64,000 nucleotides of DNA from the human T2T-CHM13v2.0 reference genome, Homo sapiens: NCBI RefSeq assembly GCF_009914755.1, contig NC_060945.1, one strand, 5' to 3'. Numbering within the stretch: position 1 is the first letter of the stretch; every line of letters begins with the position of its first letter. Shown here piece after piece: positions 1 to 14,420 of this stretch. The notes beneath the pieces were generated by a model. The model had not been told where the DNA came from. It did not search any database and saw only the letters and a list, made by a program, of their open reading frames with translations. A program made the position numbers and the translations under genes.

Positions 1-1959
1 GATGCGTGGTGCATGGACAGCTCTCCTGGGAAGCTGTTTCCTCTGTGTATCACAGAGCAAAGCCAGACCTCAAAACTTCATTGAAATTAAGCAATACATA
101 CTCCCCTATCTCTACAGAAACCTCATGAAAATGGTGCTGAATAATTGGTTTTAAACAAGTATCGTCTTGAAGCAGGTCTAGTATGTCTAGAGAGAAGGCT
201 GTGAACCTGAAACCAGTGGGCAGTGACTTTTTTTTCAACTAAAGAAAAAGCTGGTGATAAATATTAACAATATAAAAAATGTTCCAGAAACCAGGCCAGC
301 AAAACCTAAGCAGGAATGTCATGGACAGCTTCTTATAAATGCTTCGTGTTGTTGTTAATCCCAGTTTTAATTTCTAGCCTTATTAAAGACTTAAGGCTTT
401 ATCTCCGTTTCTTTCCCCTGGAAAACCAGATGCACATAATGATCTTTATTTCTGTCATTTTCTCAGTGGTCACAGGGTCTATGCTGCTTAATCTTTTTTA
501 TTTCCACGTGGATTAATGAGGGCTGTGTGGCTCTGTCTTTGTCCCCTGATGAGTCCCAGGGACAAGCATCTGTGGGATTCAACATTGCTTCTCAGAGCAA
601 GATTTTCACCGTGTAGATAAATGCCGCAGTGGAGGGGGGTAAGTACTGGGTGCCAGCTTTGCTGAAACAGGCAGAACAGAATCCATCATAACCTGTTAAA
701 TGGCCTCCCCCTAGCCCCCGATAATTGCATTTATGTCTCAGCCAGAGAACTTGTCTGGAAGGCTTTTGCAAGTACAACGCCCCACAGACGGCAGGGAGAG
801 AAGAGCGATCAGAGAAACAGAGTCTTAGAATCAAAAATGACCTTAAATCATTTAATCCAGCCTGCCTTAAACAAAACAAAACAAAACAGAACAAAGCAAA
901 ACACCAGAGAGGCTGTGTGTTTTCTAAAGGATACACCACAGCAATACATAACACCATGAATTAATGGAAGAGAAGATCTGGTCTCAACAATGCCCCATTG
1001 ACTGTAGCCTAAGGACCTAATAGCACCAAGGGTGAATATTTGTTTGTCACCTGCTTTAAAAACATGTGCAAAGTTAGGGGATTAAGACTTCAGATACCTG
1101 CCACGGGTGTGTTCTTATGCTGTGAAGGGCTTCACAACCTTGATGAACGTATTCTTGGTGGGAGGGGTGCTTAACATCAGTATTATTTTTCTTCCCCAGC
1201 AAAAAAAAATCCATTTGAGGATGTTCCAAAGAGTATAAATAATATGTGACTTTTTTTTTTACACCAAACTTGGAGCATTTGAACAGAGAAGTAGTAAAAG
1301 AATTACTTTTAAAATACATCGTTAGTAAGGAATAAAGGTATATTCATGATTTTGGAATGAAAAGAAATATGAATATTTTAAGAGCTTTGTTCTGGTTATT
1401 CATGATGTATTGGCCACAGTTACAAGTATTCAGAATTTAGATGACTCCCCTACCTTTCTTGTTCCACTGAGCTAATGGGGGTTGGGGGTTTGCCATGGTC
1501 CAGTAGGAACTATGGAGTTTCTAGGAGAAAAGGGGTGTTCTCCCGTGTAAAGAGTCAAGGATATCTAATTCCTGTAAGGTCAAAAAGGACAGTGGCGATA
1601 TGGAAATTGGAATTTTATAAATAGGAAAAGAGGGTAACATTGAAATATGAATTAGGACATAGAATTGCAAATGGATATTTAACAAATAGGAAAAGTGTTT
1701 GGTCCAACAAGGGCAACTTAGAGGTCGGGCCAGATTCGGAGTAAGAAGATGAATGTTGGGAGTAAAAGGAGAGGCAAAAATAAGTGGTTGGGTCCTGACT
1801 GTAGAGAGGCACAGTAACAGCGGCACTGGAGGCTTATGAAGACTTGTGTGATGTGCAGTTTGAAGGTGTGTGACATCTTTGGCCTCTCAAAGCTCCATTT
1901 TTGGTTGACAGTTGCACATGACTGGAGCCCAGTAGTCAAGAACTTGAGCTTCAGCTTCA

Positions 1960-2175
1960 GATAAACCTGGCTCAAGTCGCACTCCACTTTTGGTTACACG
2001 TGTGGCTTTGGACAAGTCACTTAACTTTTCTAAGGCTCAGTTTCTCAGCTGTAACATGGGGCTGATCACATGCACCCTATAGAGTTGTAAGATTTCATGG
2101 GATGGTAGATATGAAGCACTTTGCACTGTGTCTGGCACTTAGTAATTGCTCAGAAATTGATGGCAATTATTACTA
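1960..2175 (+). mobile_element. MIR SINE
   Basis: MIR core 'ttggacaagtcacttaacttttctaaggctcagtttctcagctgtaacatgggg' and 3' 'tgtctggcacttagtaattgctca'. Confidence 0.8.
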
Positions 2176-2268
2176 ATTATTACTAATAAGAACAAATGTT
2201 CTTTCAAATTGCTTCAAAGAAAATGCAGTAATTTTCACATCATTGACGTTTTTCAAAGATTATCATTG

Positions 2269-2901
2269 TGTTACCAAAAAGGGGTCCCAATCCAGACCCC
2301 AAGAGAGGGTTCCTGGATCTTGCACAAAACAGAATTTGAGACAAATCGATAGAGTAAAGTGAAAGCAAGTTTATTAAGAAAGTAAAGGAATAAAGAATGG
2401 CTACTCTATAAGCAGAGCAGTCCCGAGGGCTCCTGGTTGGCCATTTTTATGGTTATTTCTTGATTATACGCTGAACGAGGGGTGGATTATTCATGAGTTT
2501 TCCAGAAAATGGGTGGGCAATTCCTGGAACTGAGGGTTCCTCCCCTTCTTAGACCATATAGGGTAACTTTCTGATGTTGCCATGGCATTTGTAAACTGTC
2601 ATGGCACCGGAGGGAGTGTCTTTTAGCATGCTAATGTACTATAATTAGCGTATAATGAGCACGGAGGAAAACCAGAGGTCACTTTCGTCGCTATCTTGGT
2701 TTTGGTGGCTTTTGTCTGACTTATTTACCACAATCTGTTTTATCAGCAAGGTCTTTGTGACCTGCCTCTTGTGCTGACCTCCTATGTCATCCTGTGACTT
2801 AGAATGCCTGACCTCCTGGGAATGCAGCCCAGAAGGTCTCAGCCTCATTTTACCCAGCCCCTATTCAAGATGGATCCAATCTGTTTCAAACACCTCTGAC
2901 A
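2269..2901 (-). mobile_element. MER41B solo LTR (ERV1)
   Basis: TG..CA ends, 4-bp TSD ATTG (2265-2268 / 2902-2905); the reverse complement starts TGTCAGAGGTGTTTGAA and includes the MER41B-type 'gcatgctaatg..taattagcgtataatga' block and GAS region. Confidence 0.9.
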
Positions 2902-3610
2902 ATTGCAGATTTTACTGGTTGGCTATTTGCCTGCCTTGGGGTTCTTAGCAGCAAACAGAAGAACCCACCCCAGCTAACCTCGGGAGCAAGGCTACCCATC
3001 AAATGGTTCCTTAGGTAATTCAGAGCCTTTAGGAGGCCTGGAAGACAGGCCTTGTAGCCAGAAACCCAATCATACAGCCAAACACAGACCTACCACTGGC
3101 CCACTGGGCACAGACTTGGTGCTTATTATGGCAGACACTGAACTCCAGGACTTTTGTCACTGCTGCCCCCAAAACCAGATGCCTCCACAACCACCATCTT
3201 TGCCAGAGAGTGGGTTCTCTGCAGTACCTGTTTCCTCCAAACAAGATTATTACACGGGTGCACCCATGAGCCCAGCCCCAGCCACGTACCTGTTCCATAG
3301 CCAACAAGGAGGCTGGGAATTGAGGATCTGGCCTCTACTTTAGGAAGAAAGAAACCCCCAAGCCATAATAAGAGAGGTGTTCAAAAGGAGCCAGGAAGCT
3401 AGAAAACATGACAAACACCCACACACTGCTAGGAATTGAGGGCCACACTTCAAATCCAGTTCCTTCTCATTATGTTCTGTTGGCAAGTTTATGCTTCTTA
3501 TTCCTATGACGATGGAAACTGACTTCCTCACTTTGAAAAAGAAAAAAATAATTTAAAAAATCAACAACATTGCAATACTGAGAGCTCAGGAGCCCATCAA
3601 AGGTGAACAT

Positions 3611-3735
3611 GGGTTGGACACAGTGGTTCATGCCTTTGGGTGGCCAAGGCAGGAGGATCACTTGAGGCCAGGGGTTTGAGACCAGTCTGGGCAACAAAGC
3701 AAGATTCCATCTCTAAAGAATTCTTTCAAAAAACA
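3611..3735 (+). mobile_element. Free left Alu monomer (FLAM-like)
   Basis: 'ggccaaggcaggaggatcacttgaggccaggggtttgagaccagtctgggcaac' followed by A-rich end, no right arm. Confidence 0.8.
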
Positions 3736-4019
3736 ATGAATGACTGGGGGACAGAATGAGCTGCTGATGCTGACACTCTCTTTACCATCGTAATATTCCA
3801 TCATTAAACTCAGACTGGCCACATTTAGTGCATTTATATGCACCTGCAACGTGCAAGTCAGAGTTTACAGCGGGCACTATCCCTTTCAAACAGGTCAACT
3901 TGAGAGGTTTTTAATATGCTTATTTCAATGAGCTGCCAATAAATTCACTTAAAGCTGATGGGTATCATTACTTCTGATGTCTCTTCAGAATCAGCAGCAG
4001 GTTCTTTTGACTGTAATCA

Positions 4020-4160
4020 GTTGTTGCAAATTTATTCTCAGTTTCCTCATCTGCAAAATGAAGATAGTAATCATTTATACTTCTCAGTGTTCTTGAAAGC
4101 ATCAAATGATGCAAAGTGCAGTGCCGGGCATGTAGAAGAATTTAACAGAAGTCAGCTATG
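4020..4160 (+). mobile_element. MIR fragment
   Basis: 'ctcagtttcctcatctgcaaaatgaagatagtaat'. Confidence 0.7.
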
Positions 4161-5106
4161 CATCTTGTTGAGCCCAGTCTGGGGAATAAGATAGCAATCC
4201 ATTTGAGCTATATCATTTTGAGTCTAAACTGAGACATGACTACAATGAGACAAATTTTCTTTTACAGCTCATAAACGAGCTCTCGAGGCAGTTTTGTGAG
4301 GCTCCAAAAAAGGCTTTCACGAGGTCAATGCCGGTGGCATAAGTACCTGCTGGGCTTCCCAGGACAGCAGCTGACAGCACAGGCTTGGCAGGTAGGAGGC
4401 GTCCTTGGGCTTCACTCTCATGCATGATGTCACCTTCCAGCGACACATGGAAGTGGATATACCCCTCCCTAGTGCTGCATCCTCATAAACTCTCTAGTTA
4501 CTCCAGAGATAGAGTTTCTACAACATGCAGGATCTGTTGCACGCTGTTCCATGCATTGTCAAAAGCGCTCCCTTCCACTGATCTGCCAGATGATGGTGCC
4601 CTGGGCAGTGACCTGACCCTTTGAACAGGTGAAAAGATCATCTCAGGAAATCAATAGAGATGCTTACTGCTGTTGCTCATCCCTGAAAATCTTTAAGGTT
4701 CTCCATGTTAACATATGTACTTTTAACTCAGCCCTTGTTCTGAAAAAGGAGCTGCGCTTTGCCAGGTAACTCGATGCCCTCTTCACCCAAGGGTCAAGGC
4801 TCAGAGCTGGCGAGCTCTGGCAGCTCTGTCAGAGGTCGTGCCCTTCCCCTGCATGAAGGCTTTCATGAATGGCATTGCGCACACCCCTGGGAGGAAAATG
4901 CCCCCCTAAGATGCTGCTCTTGGCATCCCATAGGGGCCTGCGCCAGCTTCAGATCGACCACTCTCCAGAGCAGATGCTGGGACAGGCAGGGCAGATGGTC
5001 TCGCCATGCCGTCTTAGCTCCCATCACCTTGTCACAGAGGGACTCGAGATCAGAGGGGTCCAGAGTTCTCTTTTCCTGTCTTTTCCTCTTGTGTTGCTTC
5101 TTTCCT

Positions 5107-5172
5107 AGGTAGATAGATAGATGGCTGATGATAGACAGGATGGATGGATGGGTGGTGGATAGAGAGGTAGAG
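5107..5172. repeat. Degenerate (GATA)n/(GATG)n simple repeat
   Basis: 'agatagatagatggctgatgatagacaggatggatggatggg'. Confidence 0.75.
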
Positions 5173-5717
5173 AAATGCCATGAAGTGCAAAGTAATAAGT
5201 AGCTGAAATTCTGTCATTTTTTTCTTTCCCAATACTTTGTAAACAGTAAAAAGAATGGGTAGGCCATCAGTAAACAGCTATTATGTGTACTGTCATTATC
5301 ACGTTCAATATTGTATGCTTGCTATTATTCTTCTTTCTCTCACCTTCGAGTAAACATTAACTGAACATCTAATATGTGCCAAGCACCCTGGACAGCCAGA
5401 CTCCAATCCAACCTTCCACATCACCTCAGGTCACCATCTTGCAGGTACCCCCAGGTCTGATCTCACTGAATTATTCACCAACTCTCCATTCTCCCAGAAC
5501 TCAATACCCTACTCCCTCTTCCTAAAGCAGCCTTTCATTTCCTGCACCTGGCAAAGATTATTCAACCCTCAGGACCTCTAGCAAATGTCACCTCCTCTCT
5601 GAAGCCCACCCCGATAGGCTTCCCTTCTTTTAGTACCTATTGTATCCTGATTATTGGTTCATATGTGTGATTATCTGCATACACCATAAGCTTCCCTTTA
5701 ATCATCTTGTACTTTCT

Positions 5718-6066
5718 TTTTTTATATATATATTTTTATTATACTTTAAGTTCTAGGGTACATGTGCACAACATGCAGGTTTGTTACATATGTATACATG
5801 TGTCATGTTGGTGTGCTGCACCCATTAACTCTTCATTTACATTAGGTATATCTCCTAATGCTATCCCTCCCCACTCCTGCCATCCCACAACAGGCCCCGG
5901 TGTGTAATGTTCCCCTTCCTGTGTCCAAGTGTTCTCATTGTTCAATTCCCACCTATGAGTGAGAACATGCAGTGTTTGGTTTTTTATCCCTGCGAGAGTT
6001 TGCTGAGAATGATGGTTTCCAGCTCCATCCATGTCCCTACAAAGGACATGAACTCATCATTTTTTA
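5718..6066 (-). mobile_element. 5'-truncated L1PA (PA3/PA4-like) 3' UTR
   Basis: 'ttatactttaagttctagggtacatgtgcac...catttacattaggtatatctcc'; 17-bp TSD atcatcttgtactttct at 5701-5717 and 6067-6083. Confidence 0.9.
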
Positions 6067-6228
6067 ATCATCTTGTACTTTCTACCCACCCCCAGACACC
6101 CCTGAGAGAGTCTTCGGCACATATGATGTCCTCTATTGATGTTTGCTGAATAGATGAGGATGCCAAAAGAGGGAGGAGATACCAAAAGAGGGAAAGAAGG
6201 ACACCCAGAAGACAAATGGTGCTCACCT

Positions 6229-6788
6229 TGAGGTAGGTTGGAGAGGGTGATCACAGCCTTCCTTGAAAGGAAACAGGAAAGTTGTCAAACTTATGGAGAG
6301 ACCAAACCACCCGACAGTGCACAAACTGCATCTGAGGCTCTTGGTTAGGACATCCTGGAGCAGAGAGGAGCAGGGGCAAAAGGGAAAATCCCCAAGTCCG
6401 CACAGATGCACAAGTCCACGACCAATGTCCTTAAGCTGAACCATGCTCATTTTAATGCTAAAAACACACCCCTGGGTGGAGATTTCAGATGCTAATGAGA
6501 CATGGGATGTATGTGCTAGCGTGTACAGCAGTAGTGCGTGGGCATCCAGGAGACCTCCCACGGCATGCTTAACAACAATGCCCATTCCCATCCTTGATGA
6601 ATAATCATGTAAGACTCCTATAAAGGGAGCTCCCTCAGCGTCAGTGGGCGCTGTCAGCCTGCTCTAACCCAGCTATCGGAGTGTACTTTCGCTTTGCAAT
6701 AAGCTCCTTTACCTACTTTCACTTTGGACTCGCTCTCAAATTCTTTTGTGCCGTGAAGTCAAGAGCCTGAACCTGCACACCAACAACA
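6229..6788 (+). mobile_element. ERV1 solo LTR (MER4 group; MER66-like, subfamily uncertain)
   Basis: TG..CA ends with 4-bp TSD ACCT (6225-6228 / 6789-6792); TATAAA ~6618; U5-like 'ctactttcactttggactcgctctcaaattctttt'. Confidence 0.75.
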
Positions 6789-7871
6789 ACCTCACAAATG
6801 TGGGTTGCACCTTCCTGGGTACTACACAGCCATAAACACAACTTGCTCCCTCTCATGCATCTTCAGTCTCTTCCTCTGGCACCTAATAGTCTTGACATGG
6901 GTTGGTCTGGTTAATCTTTCAGTTTTTCCCCTTTACCAAAATACCTAGCAGATAACTTTTATAGACAGGGACCCCACTGTGCTGAGCCCTGTGAGCCCCC
7001 GACATTCTCTTTTCCTGCATTCGGTACAGTCCAGGAATGAGGGCTGCATTCCATTTCTACTGTTAAGGATGAAGAAGATGCTCGCAGATTTGGAAACTGC
7101 CTCACAGTTCACCATCAGCTTTTTCGTGGCTTTTGCTGTTAAAGCCTCTGGTCCCTGGGACAGCCCCTGGTTCTAGATTCCCACAGTCTGCAGCATCCTT
7201 GTCTTGGTCCCAATTCTCTTCTTGCCCATGAGACTCTCAGCCCTTCTGCAGGCCCACAGGGACATGTGGTGTCCCTGGGTGTCTTACATACATGGAGGGT
7301 TTGGTATATATGGGTTTGCTCATCTGATCAGGCTGTGAAACCCCACACTTTTCCAGGAACTAACAGACAGACTGAAACAGGTGGACAGCCAGCCAGCTGT
7401 CCCCAAGCCATCCTCCCTGTGGTGATATCTCAGAACGAGACCTTTGGGTATCATAGTGACCTCTGGGCTCTGACTGTGTTGAGAAGCTATTAAATGTCTG
7501 CTGAAAGAACAGCAACTTCCCTGTGAGAAAAGCAGGAGAATCATTAACATTTTCTCTCCAAAATGGGAGCAAGTGTTGGGCCCAGAAATGGAAACCAGCA
7601 AGTGATGTAAAAAGTTTTTCTATGAAAGATGCTTATCAAATCCTGGCTCAAAACAAGGAAGAATGCTAAAATTTGCAAATGAAATATAATTAGTGTGACC
7701 ACTCTTCCCTGCATGCCTCAGATACCTCTTTTTCTGTGGTGTTGTTAATTGGTCCTATACATCCTTAAAAATAACATAGAAAGTTATTGAGCTAGCAAGT
7801 GTTCTAAATATTTTATTAGAACACATCCTGGGAATTTTTAAAAATGTGTAGATGTTTTGTCTCACCCAACA

Positions 7872-7872
<1 letters not shown>

Positions 7873-7908
<36 letters not shown>
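7873..7908. repeat. (CA)18 microsatellite
   Basis: Direct reading. Confidence 0.97.
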
Positions 7909-7910
<2 letters not shown>

Positions 7911-8392
7911 GTGTATGGACAAAAACACATCCTCTTTTGCGAGCTATGGAAGGGAGACAGTATTGCTTGGTCCACCCCAAACTCCCACTTATCTGTCTGG
8001 GAACTGCCCTCCACATTCTTGGGGTTCCCATGGGATCTGCCATGTTCTTACCTTCCCAGACCTGTCAGCCTCAGATGATTGCTCCTGTGGTTGGTTCCTG
8101 ACCCAGCTAGACCAGTGCCTCCTTGTCCCAAGATGTGCATACCTGGGACATAGATAGTCGGCTCATAAGTCTCAACGGCCATAGCTATAAGATGTGACAA
8201 CAGTGTAGACACTGTTGTCTACATGAGGTAAATGATGGCTTACAGCTAGACAGAAGAAAGACACAGAGACAAGAGGCAGAGAGAGGTTCTTGATAGCTTT
8301 GGAGACCCTGGAGGCAGGTGTTCCTGAGGCCAAGCTCTGTCCCCTCCTGCATCTTGGTTGGGCAACAGTTCCTTAGATTTGATGAGATTTTC

Positions 8393-8695
8393 TAGGGTTT
8401 GCTGTCTACTTTTCTTTATGGCCTGCAGGGTAAGAATTTACATTTTGAATGGTTGAAAAAAAAAACAGAAGAGTAAAATACTTTGTGACATGTAAAAATT
8501 ATGTGAAATTCAAATAGAGTTTTATTGGAACAGAGTCACACTGATTTATGTATTGCTGTGGCCACTTTTGTGCTACAATGGAAGAATTGAGTAGTTGTGA
8601 CAGAGACCCTCAAATAGCTGGAAAAGCATAAAATATTTGACTCTTTATAGAAATCAAACTATCTGGCTTTTTATAGAAACAAAGGGCTGACCCTA
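8393..8695. mobile_element. MER58B (hAT-Charlie) DNA transposon
   Basis: 'gaatttacattttgaatggttgaaaaa...tgtgacatgtaaaaattatgtgaaattcaaat...ttttattggaacag...gagtagttgtgacagagacc'. Confidence 0.75.
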
Positions 8696-9109
8696 AAGTC
8701 AGCAACAATGAAGGGCCTTTTAAGAAGCCATGAAATGAAATCAGCTCTTTGAAATGTCACTCATTGCTGCGAGATCTCTGGTACTTGTATATTTGGGAAG
8801 AGGTTCTAACTGCAACCATTGTCCTTTAGGAAAAAAAGAAAAAGGGAACACATAGAAGCCAACTCCAGCCTTTAAACACGTAGGAGATCCTCAGCTATTT
8901 GTATGTGTAAAATGAAGGAAGACCAATGCCTGCTTTCCCTCCCTCTCAATCCAGTCAAGAAACTATGTAGTCAAGACTTACATAGTTCCAGGAACAGGAA
9001 ACTCACTCTACAGCCTTGTGAAGAAACTGATTCCATCTTTGGACACTTCTTTATAATAAACCCCAAATCTCTCTCCTTAGAACTCATACCTAGTGACTCC
9101 ATTTGCTTC

Positions 9110-9400
9110 TCTTGAGGTCATCAATATCAAATCTGCCTTCCTCATGACAGCCTTTCAAATATTAACAGACACTGTCATATGTTTCAAATATTAAAAAATA
9201 CTGTCATATGTTTGTTCTCTCAATTCTTCATCCCAGCCCTTTCAGCTGTGTCTCTTGTAACGCAGGATTTTATTCCCCTGAGCATCCCAGCTCCTCTTTT
9301 TTGAATACATTCCTTTCCTTTTACATCCCCGTTCAGATGCATTCCTTAGCACTGGATGTCACACTCTGGTCTACACAAAGGAGAGGAAGACCATTGCTGC
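9110..9400. mobile_element. Possible L3/CR1 fragment
   Basis: Weak resemblance ('atgacagcctttcaaatatt', 'cccagccctttcagctg'); contains a 29-bp tandem duplication at 9153-9213. Confidence 0.35.
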
Positions 9401-9700
9401 CCCTTCTTCTAGATGTTGTCTGTTGACTTCCATTGATTGCTTTCAGTTGCATGATATTTAATTTAAGAAATCACATGGCCGGCACTGTCCATTGGAAAAG
9501 TGTGATGTTAAGGTCCCAAATAGTTCCAAGGAGTGGACTGCAGTGTGTGTGCACCTTGCTTTTAGAGAAAAGGCAGCCTGGAATGGAATTCTCCCGGGTA
9601 GGTAAAGAGAACAAAAGACCAGGGCTCCTCCATAGCAACTTATGGGGTGAGGTTCATTTTATACCTGCTAGAGAAGGAGGGAAGATGCCCCTCCTTCTTG

Positions 9701-10218
9701 AGAGCAGGGACTCAAAAAGATAGTTGTACACCTATGTTCACAGCAGCATTATTCACAACAGCCAAAGGTGGAAACAACCCAAGGGTTCATTGATGGATGA
9801 ATGGATCCAACAAAATACGGTATGTACATACAACGGGATATTATTCAGCCTTAAATAAGGACTACAATTTTGGCACAGGCTACAGCATGATGAATCTTGA
9901 GGGTAGAATGCTAAATGAAATAAGTCAGACACAAAATGACAAATGCTGTATGATTCAACTTATTTGAGGAATGTAGAGTAGTCAAATTCATAGAGACAGA
10001 AGGCAGAATTGTGGTTACCAGGGACTAGGGGAAGAGGAATGGGGAGTTAGTGTTGAACGAGTACAGAGTTTCAGTTCTGTGAGATGAAAAAGTTCTGGAG
10101 ATGGATGGGGGTGATGGTTGCCCAACAATGTCAATGCAGTTAATGCCACTGAATTGTACATTTAAAATGGTTAAAATGGCAAATTTTACATTATGTGTAG
10201 TTTACTACAAAAAAAAAG
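9701..10218 (+). mobile_element. L1MB 3' end
   Basis: 'atgttcacagcagcattattcacaacagccaaaggtggaaacaaccc...aaaagttctggagatggatgggggtgatggttg...' then poly-A. Confidence 0.85.
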
Positions 10219-10329
10219 TTCTGCCAAAGAAGAAATCAATATTCCAGTGACACACTTGATTTTCAGAAACTTTGGTATCGGTGGCTTTTCTTTTAGCAGA
10301 TTGAAAAAAAAATTCATAAATTTGGTGAT

Positions 10330-11445
<1,116 letters not shown>

Positions 11446-11960
11446 CTTTAGTCAGAAGTGAAATTACATAGAATTTGGGATGCCTTGCCATAAATGGCCT
11501 CTCCATAGTACCTCATCCTGGCATCACCTAAATGGGAGGGTTCTACCCCAATAGCTGAAAGCCCTGCCTGAGCCTTGGGGGCTCTGTGCTGTGGCCAGTG
11601 CTGGACCATGCAGCTCTGGATGCCCCCGACCTGCCGTTCCTCTGACCACTCATGAGAAGCCCACAGGGGCAGCTCTGCCCCCTCACCTTCTACTTCCATT
11701 GTTCCCACTTTTAGAGACCAGAATTTTCCCCAAACAAGTCAACATCTTGCTGTGTTTGCAGAAAACATCCTAGCATTGGAGGGACTGCCAGATGGAAAAA
11801 TAGCTCCCCTTTTCCATTTAGAAGTGGCTTGTTTGATTTCAAAATATAAACCCTGTCCTAATAATAAAAATTACTTTTTTTCTCAGAGATGTGCCAAAGA
11901 CCCTCACCATCTATCCACAGGAGAATGTTCCATTTTTTTGGATGCCTCATAGTCACCTGG

Positions 11961-12235
11961 TGTGGGGGACAGACCCTGTGGTGGCCCCACGGTCCGCACC
12001 TCCTGGTATTCACACCCTTGTGTGCTGCCCTCCCCTTGAGTGTGGGCAGACCCTGTGACTTGCTTCATAGTAGAATGTGACAAAGATGATGGGCTGTCAC
12101 TCCTGGGCTTACGTTACATCGTGCGAAACCCGACTTACAAACAGATTTGCTTTTGTGCTCTTGCTGGCCTTGAAGAAGCAGGCTGCCATGTCGCGAATTG
12201 TCCATGCAGAGGCCACATGGCACATGAAGTGTGAA
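11961..12235 (+). mobile_element. MLT1E/F/G-type MaLR LTR, 5' part
   Basis: 'acctcctggtattcacacccttgtgtgctgccctccccttgagtgtgggcag..ctgtgacttgcttc'. Confidence 0.7.
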
Positions 12236-12789
12236 CCATAAAAGAAAAGTTGACAAATGGTAATGATGCCTAGGAAAGAAAGATAAAGAAAAAGGGGTGC
12301 AGGAAAAACAAGAGGCCCAGCACCACAGAGTTAAAAGCAGTGTTTTGCTGGCTAATGCCAAACATGGACAACCAAGCCACAGATTTTTCCATAGCCCGAG
12401 AAGTTTTGTTTTTCTCAATGAAAAATCAGAAGACTTTGCATTAAAGCATATCAGTGATATAGATAGCCTCAAATAATCAAAAAGAATTTACAAAGCTGTA
12501 CAACTCTGGTGTCAGTTAGCTTGGTGGAATGACACTGTTGCTCTCTTTTCTGTCTAATGGGCATTTCCTTCTAAGATATTAGTTCTGCCTCCCACGTATT
12601 GCTGCTACTGGATGCTTGACGGCTGTGAGTCTCAGGCATGGGGGACTGACGGTTTTGGTGTGTGTCTGGGTGAGCACAAATTACCTGAATGCTGATGTGG
12701 TAGGCGTCTCCTGGAAAGAACACTGTCTTTAATTGACTTAATGTTATTTTCACCTGGATAAAAATTTCAAATTTTTATACTATTTGTAT

Positions 12790-13181
12790 TTTCTTTCCTT
12801 CTTTCTTCTTTTTTCTTTCTCTTTCCTTTCTTCTTTTCTTTCTTTCTTTCTTTCTTTCTCTCTTTCTTTCTTTCTTGCTCCCTGTCTCTCTCTCTCTCCC
12901 TTCCTTCCTTCCTAACTTCCTTTCTTCCCTCCTTCCTTCTTTCTTCCTTTTTCTTTCTTCTTTCTTTCCTTTCTTTTCCTCTTTCTTTCTTTTCTTTTTT
13001 CTTTCTCCTTTCTTTCTTTCTTTTTTCTTTCTTTCTTTCTTACTTTCTCTTCCTTCCTTCTCTCTTCCTTCCTTTTCTTCCTTCTTTATTTCTCTCTGTC
13101 TCTCTCTTTCTGTCTCTCTCTGTCTCTCTCCCTCTCTTTCTGTCTCCCCCTTTTTTTCTTCCTTTTCTCTTTTCTTCCTTT
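12790..13181. repeat. ~390 bp CT-rich polypyrimidine tract (expanded Alu tail)
   Basis: Mixed (TTTC)n/(TTCC)n/(TC)n directly abutting the minus-strand Alu 3' end. Confidence 0.9.
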
Positions 13182-13455
13182 CATGGGTCTCGTTCTGTCA
13201 CCCAGGCTGGAGTGCAGTGGTGCAATCCTCGCTCACTGCAGCCTCAAACTCCTGGGGCTCAAATGATCCTCTCACCTCAGCCTCCTGAGTAACTGGAACT
13301 ACAGGTTTACGCTATCACACCTGACTAATTTTTAAATTTTTTGTAGAGATGGGATCTCACTATGTTGCCTAGGCTAGTCTTGAACTCTTGGCCTCAAGCA
13401 ATCCTCCTGCCTCAGCCTCTCAAAGTGCTGGGATTACAGTCACCCTGCCTGGCCC
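13182..13455 (-). mobile_element. AluJ
   Basis: 'gggtctcgttctgtcacccaggctggagtgcagtgg..gctcactgcagcctcaaactcctggg' (J-type). Confidence 0.85.
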
Positions 13456-13980
13456 ATTTTTTTTTCTTTAGGGAGCTAGGGGTGAGTGTTTTGCATTTTC
13501 GTTTCCTCTCTTGTACTGTCAGCCTGGCTTCTGTTAGCACTCCTGTGTCTGGAGGACCAGGAAATCCCAGCCTAGAAGACTACCTAGAAGCTCCTTCCTG
13601 GCCAGAGAGGAGGACTGAGAACACCATAGCAAAGGGCTGCTGTTCTGAGCATGAGCAGAACCCCCCTTAGACCTAACTTCCTGCTTTTCCTCTATGACAG
13701 CCTCGAGGTCTTTAGGAAAACGGTGACTCTGGAGCACAGCCCTGGATCCCTGATGGCAGGTGGATGAATCTGCTCCCCACCTGGATGCTGCTAGTCCTTT
13801 CTCCAGGCTCCGTGACTGAAAATGTGCTTTACTTGGCAAAAGCTGTTTCTCCTCAGAACTCTAGAAATCAGATCTTGGCCCACCTCTTTCAGGTAAGGAC
13901 CTTCTTAAAATTGATGCTTGACCCAACTAAATTTGAATTACACCCTATCCCTCTTGGCCTTGTAAAATCGTATGTATATA

Positions 13981-14267
13981 TTTTGAGACGAAGTCTTGCT
14001 CTGTTGCCTAGGCTGGCATACAGTGGTGTGAGCTCAGCTCACTGCAACCTCTAACTCTGAGGTTCAAGTGATTCTCCTGCCTCAGCCTCCCAAGTAGCTG
14101 GGACTTACAGGCACACACCATCACGCCCAGATAATTTTTCTATTTTTAGTAGAGATGGGGTTTCACCGTGTCGCCCAGACTGGTCTCGAACTCCTGAGCT
14201 CAAGTGATCCGCCCGCTTCAGCCTCCCAAAGTGCTGGGATTACAAATGTTAGCCACCACCCCTGGCC
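13981..14267 (-). mobile_element. AluS
   Basis: Full dimer, 'gtctcgaactcctgagctcaagtgatccgcccgc'. Confidence 0.9.
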
Positions 14268-14284
14268 CATATAGAATTACTGTA

Positions 14285-14420
14285 GAGTTCAAATTCTGGT
14301 TCTTGCATGTCCTGGCTGTATGACCTTGTGCAAGTTACTTAACATCTATGTGCCTCATTTTCCTCATCTGCAAAATTACCTCTCCTTGGTGTCAGCATGA
14401 GGATTAAATAAGAAAATGAA
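14285..14420 (+). mobile_element. MIR fragment
   Basis: 'tatgaccttgtgcaagttacttaacatctatgtgcctcattttcctcatctgcaaaat'. Confidence 0.75.

Noticed and set aside
2930-3400. Ancient MLT1K/L-like fragment
   Set aside because: Resemblance too weak to call without an HMM search
12875-13288. 137-aa F/S/L-rich 'membrane protein' ORF
   Set aside because: Translation of the CT tract plus antisense Alu
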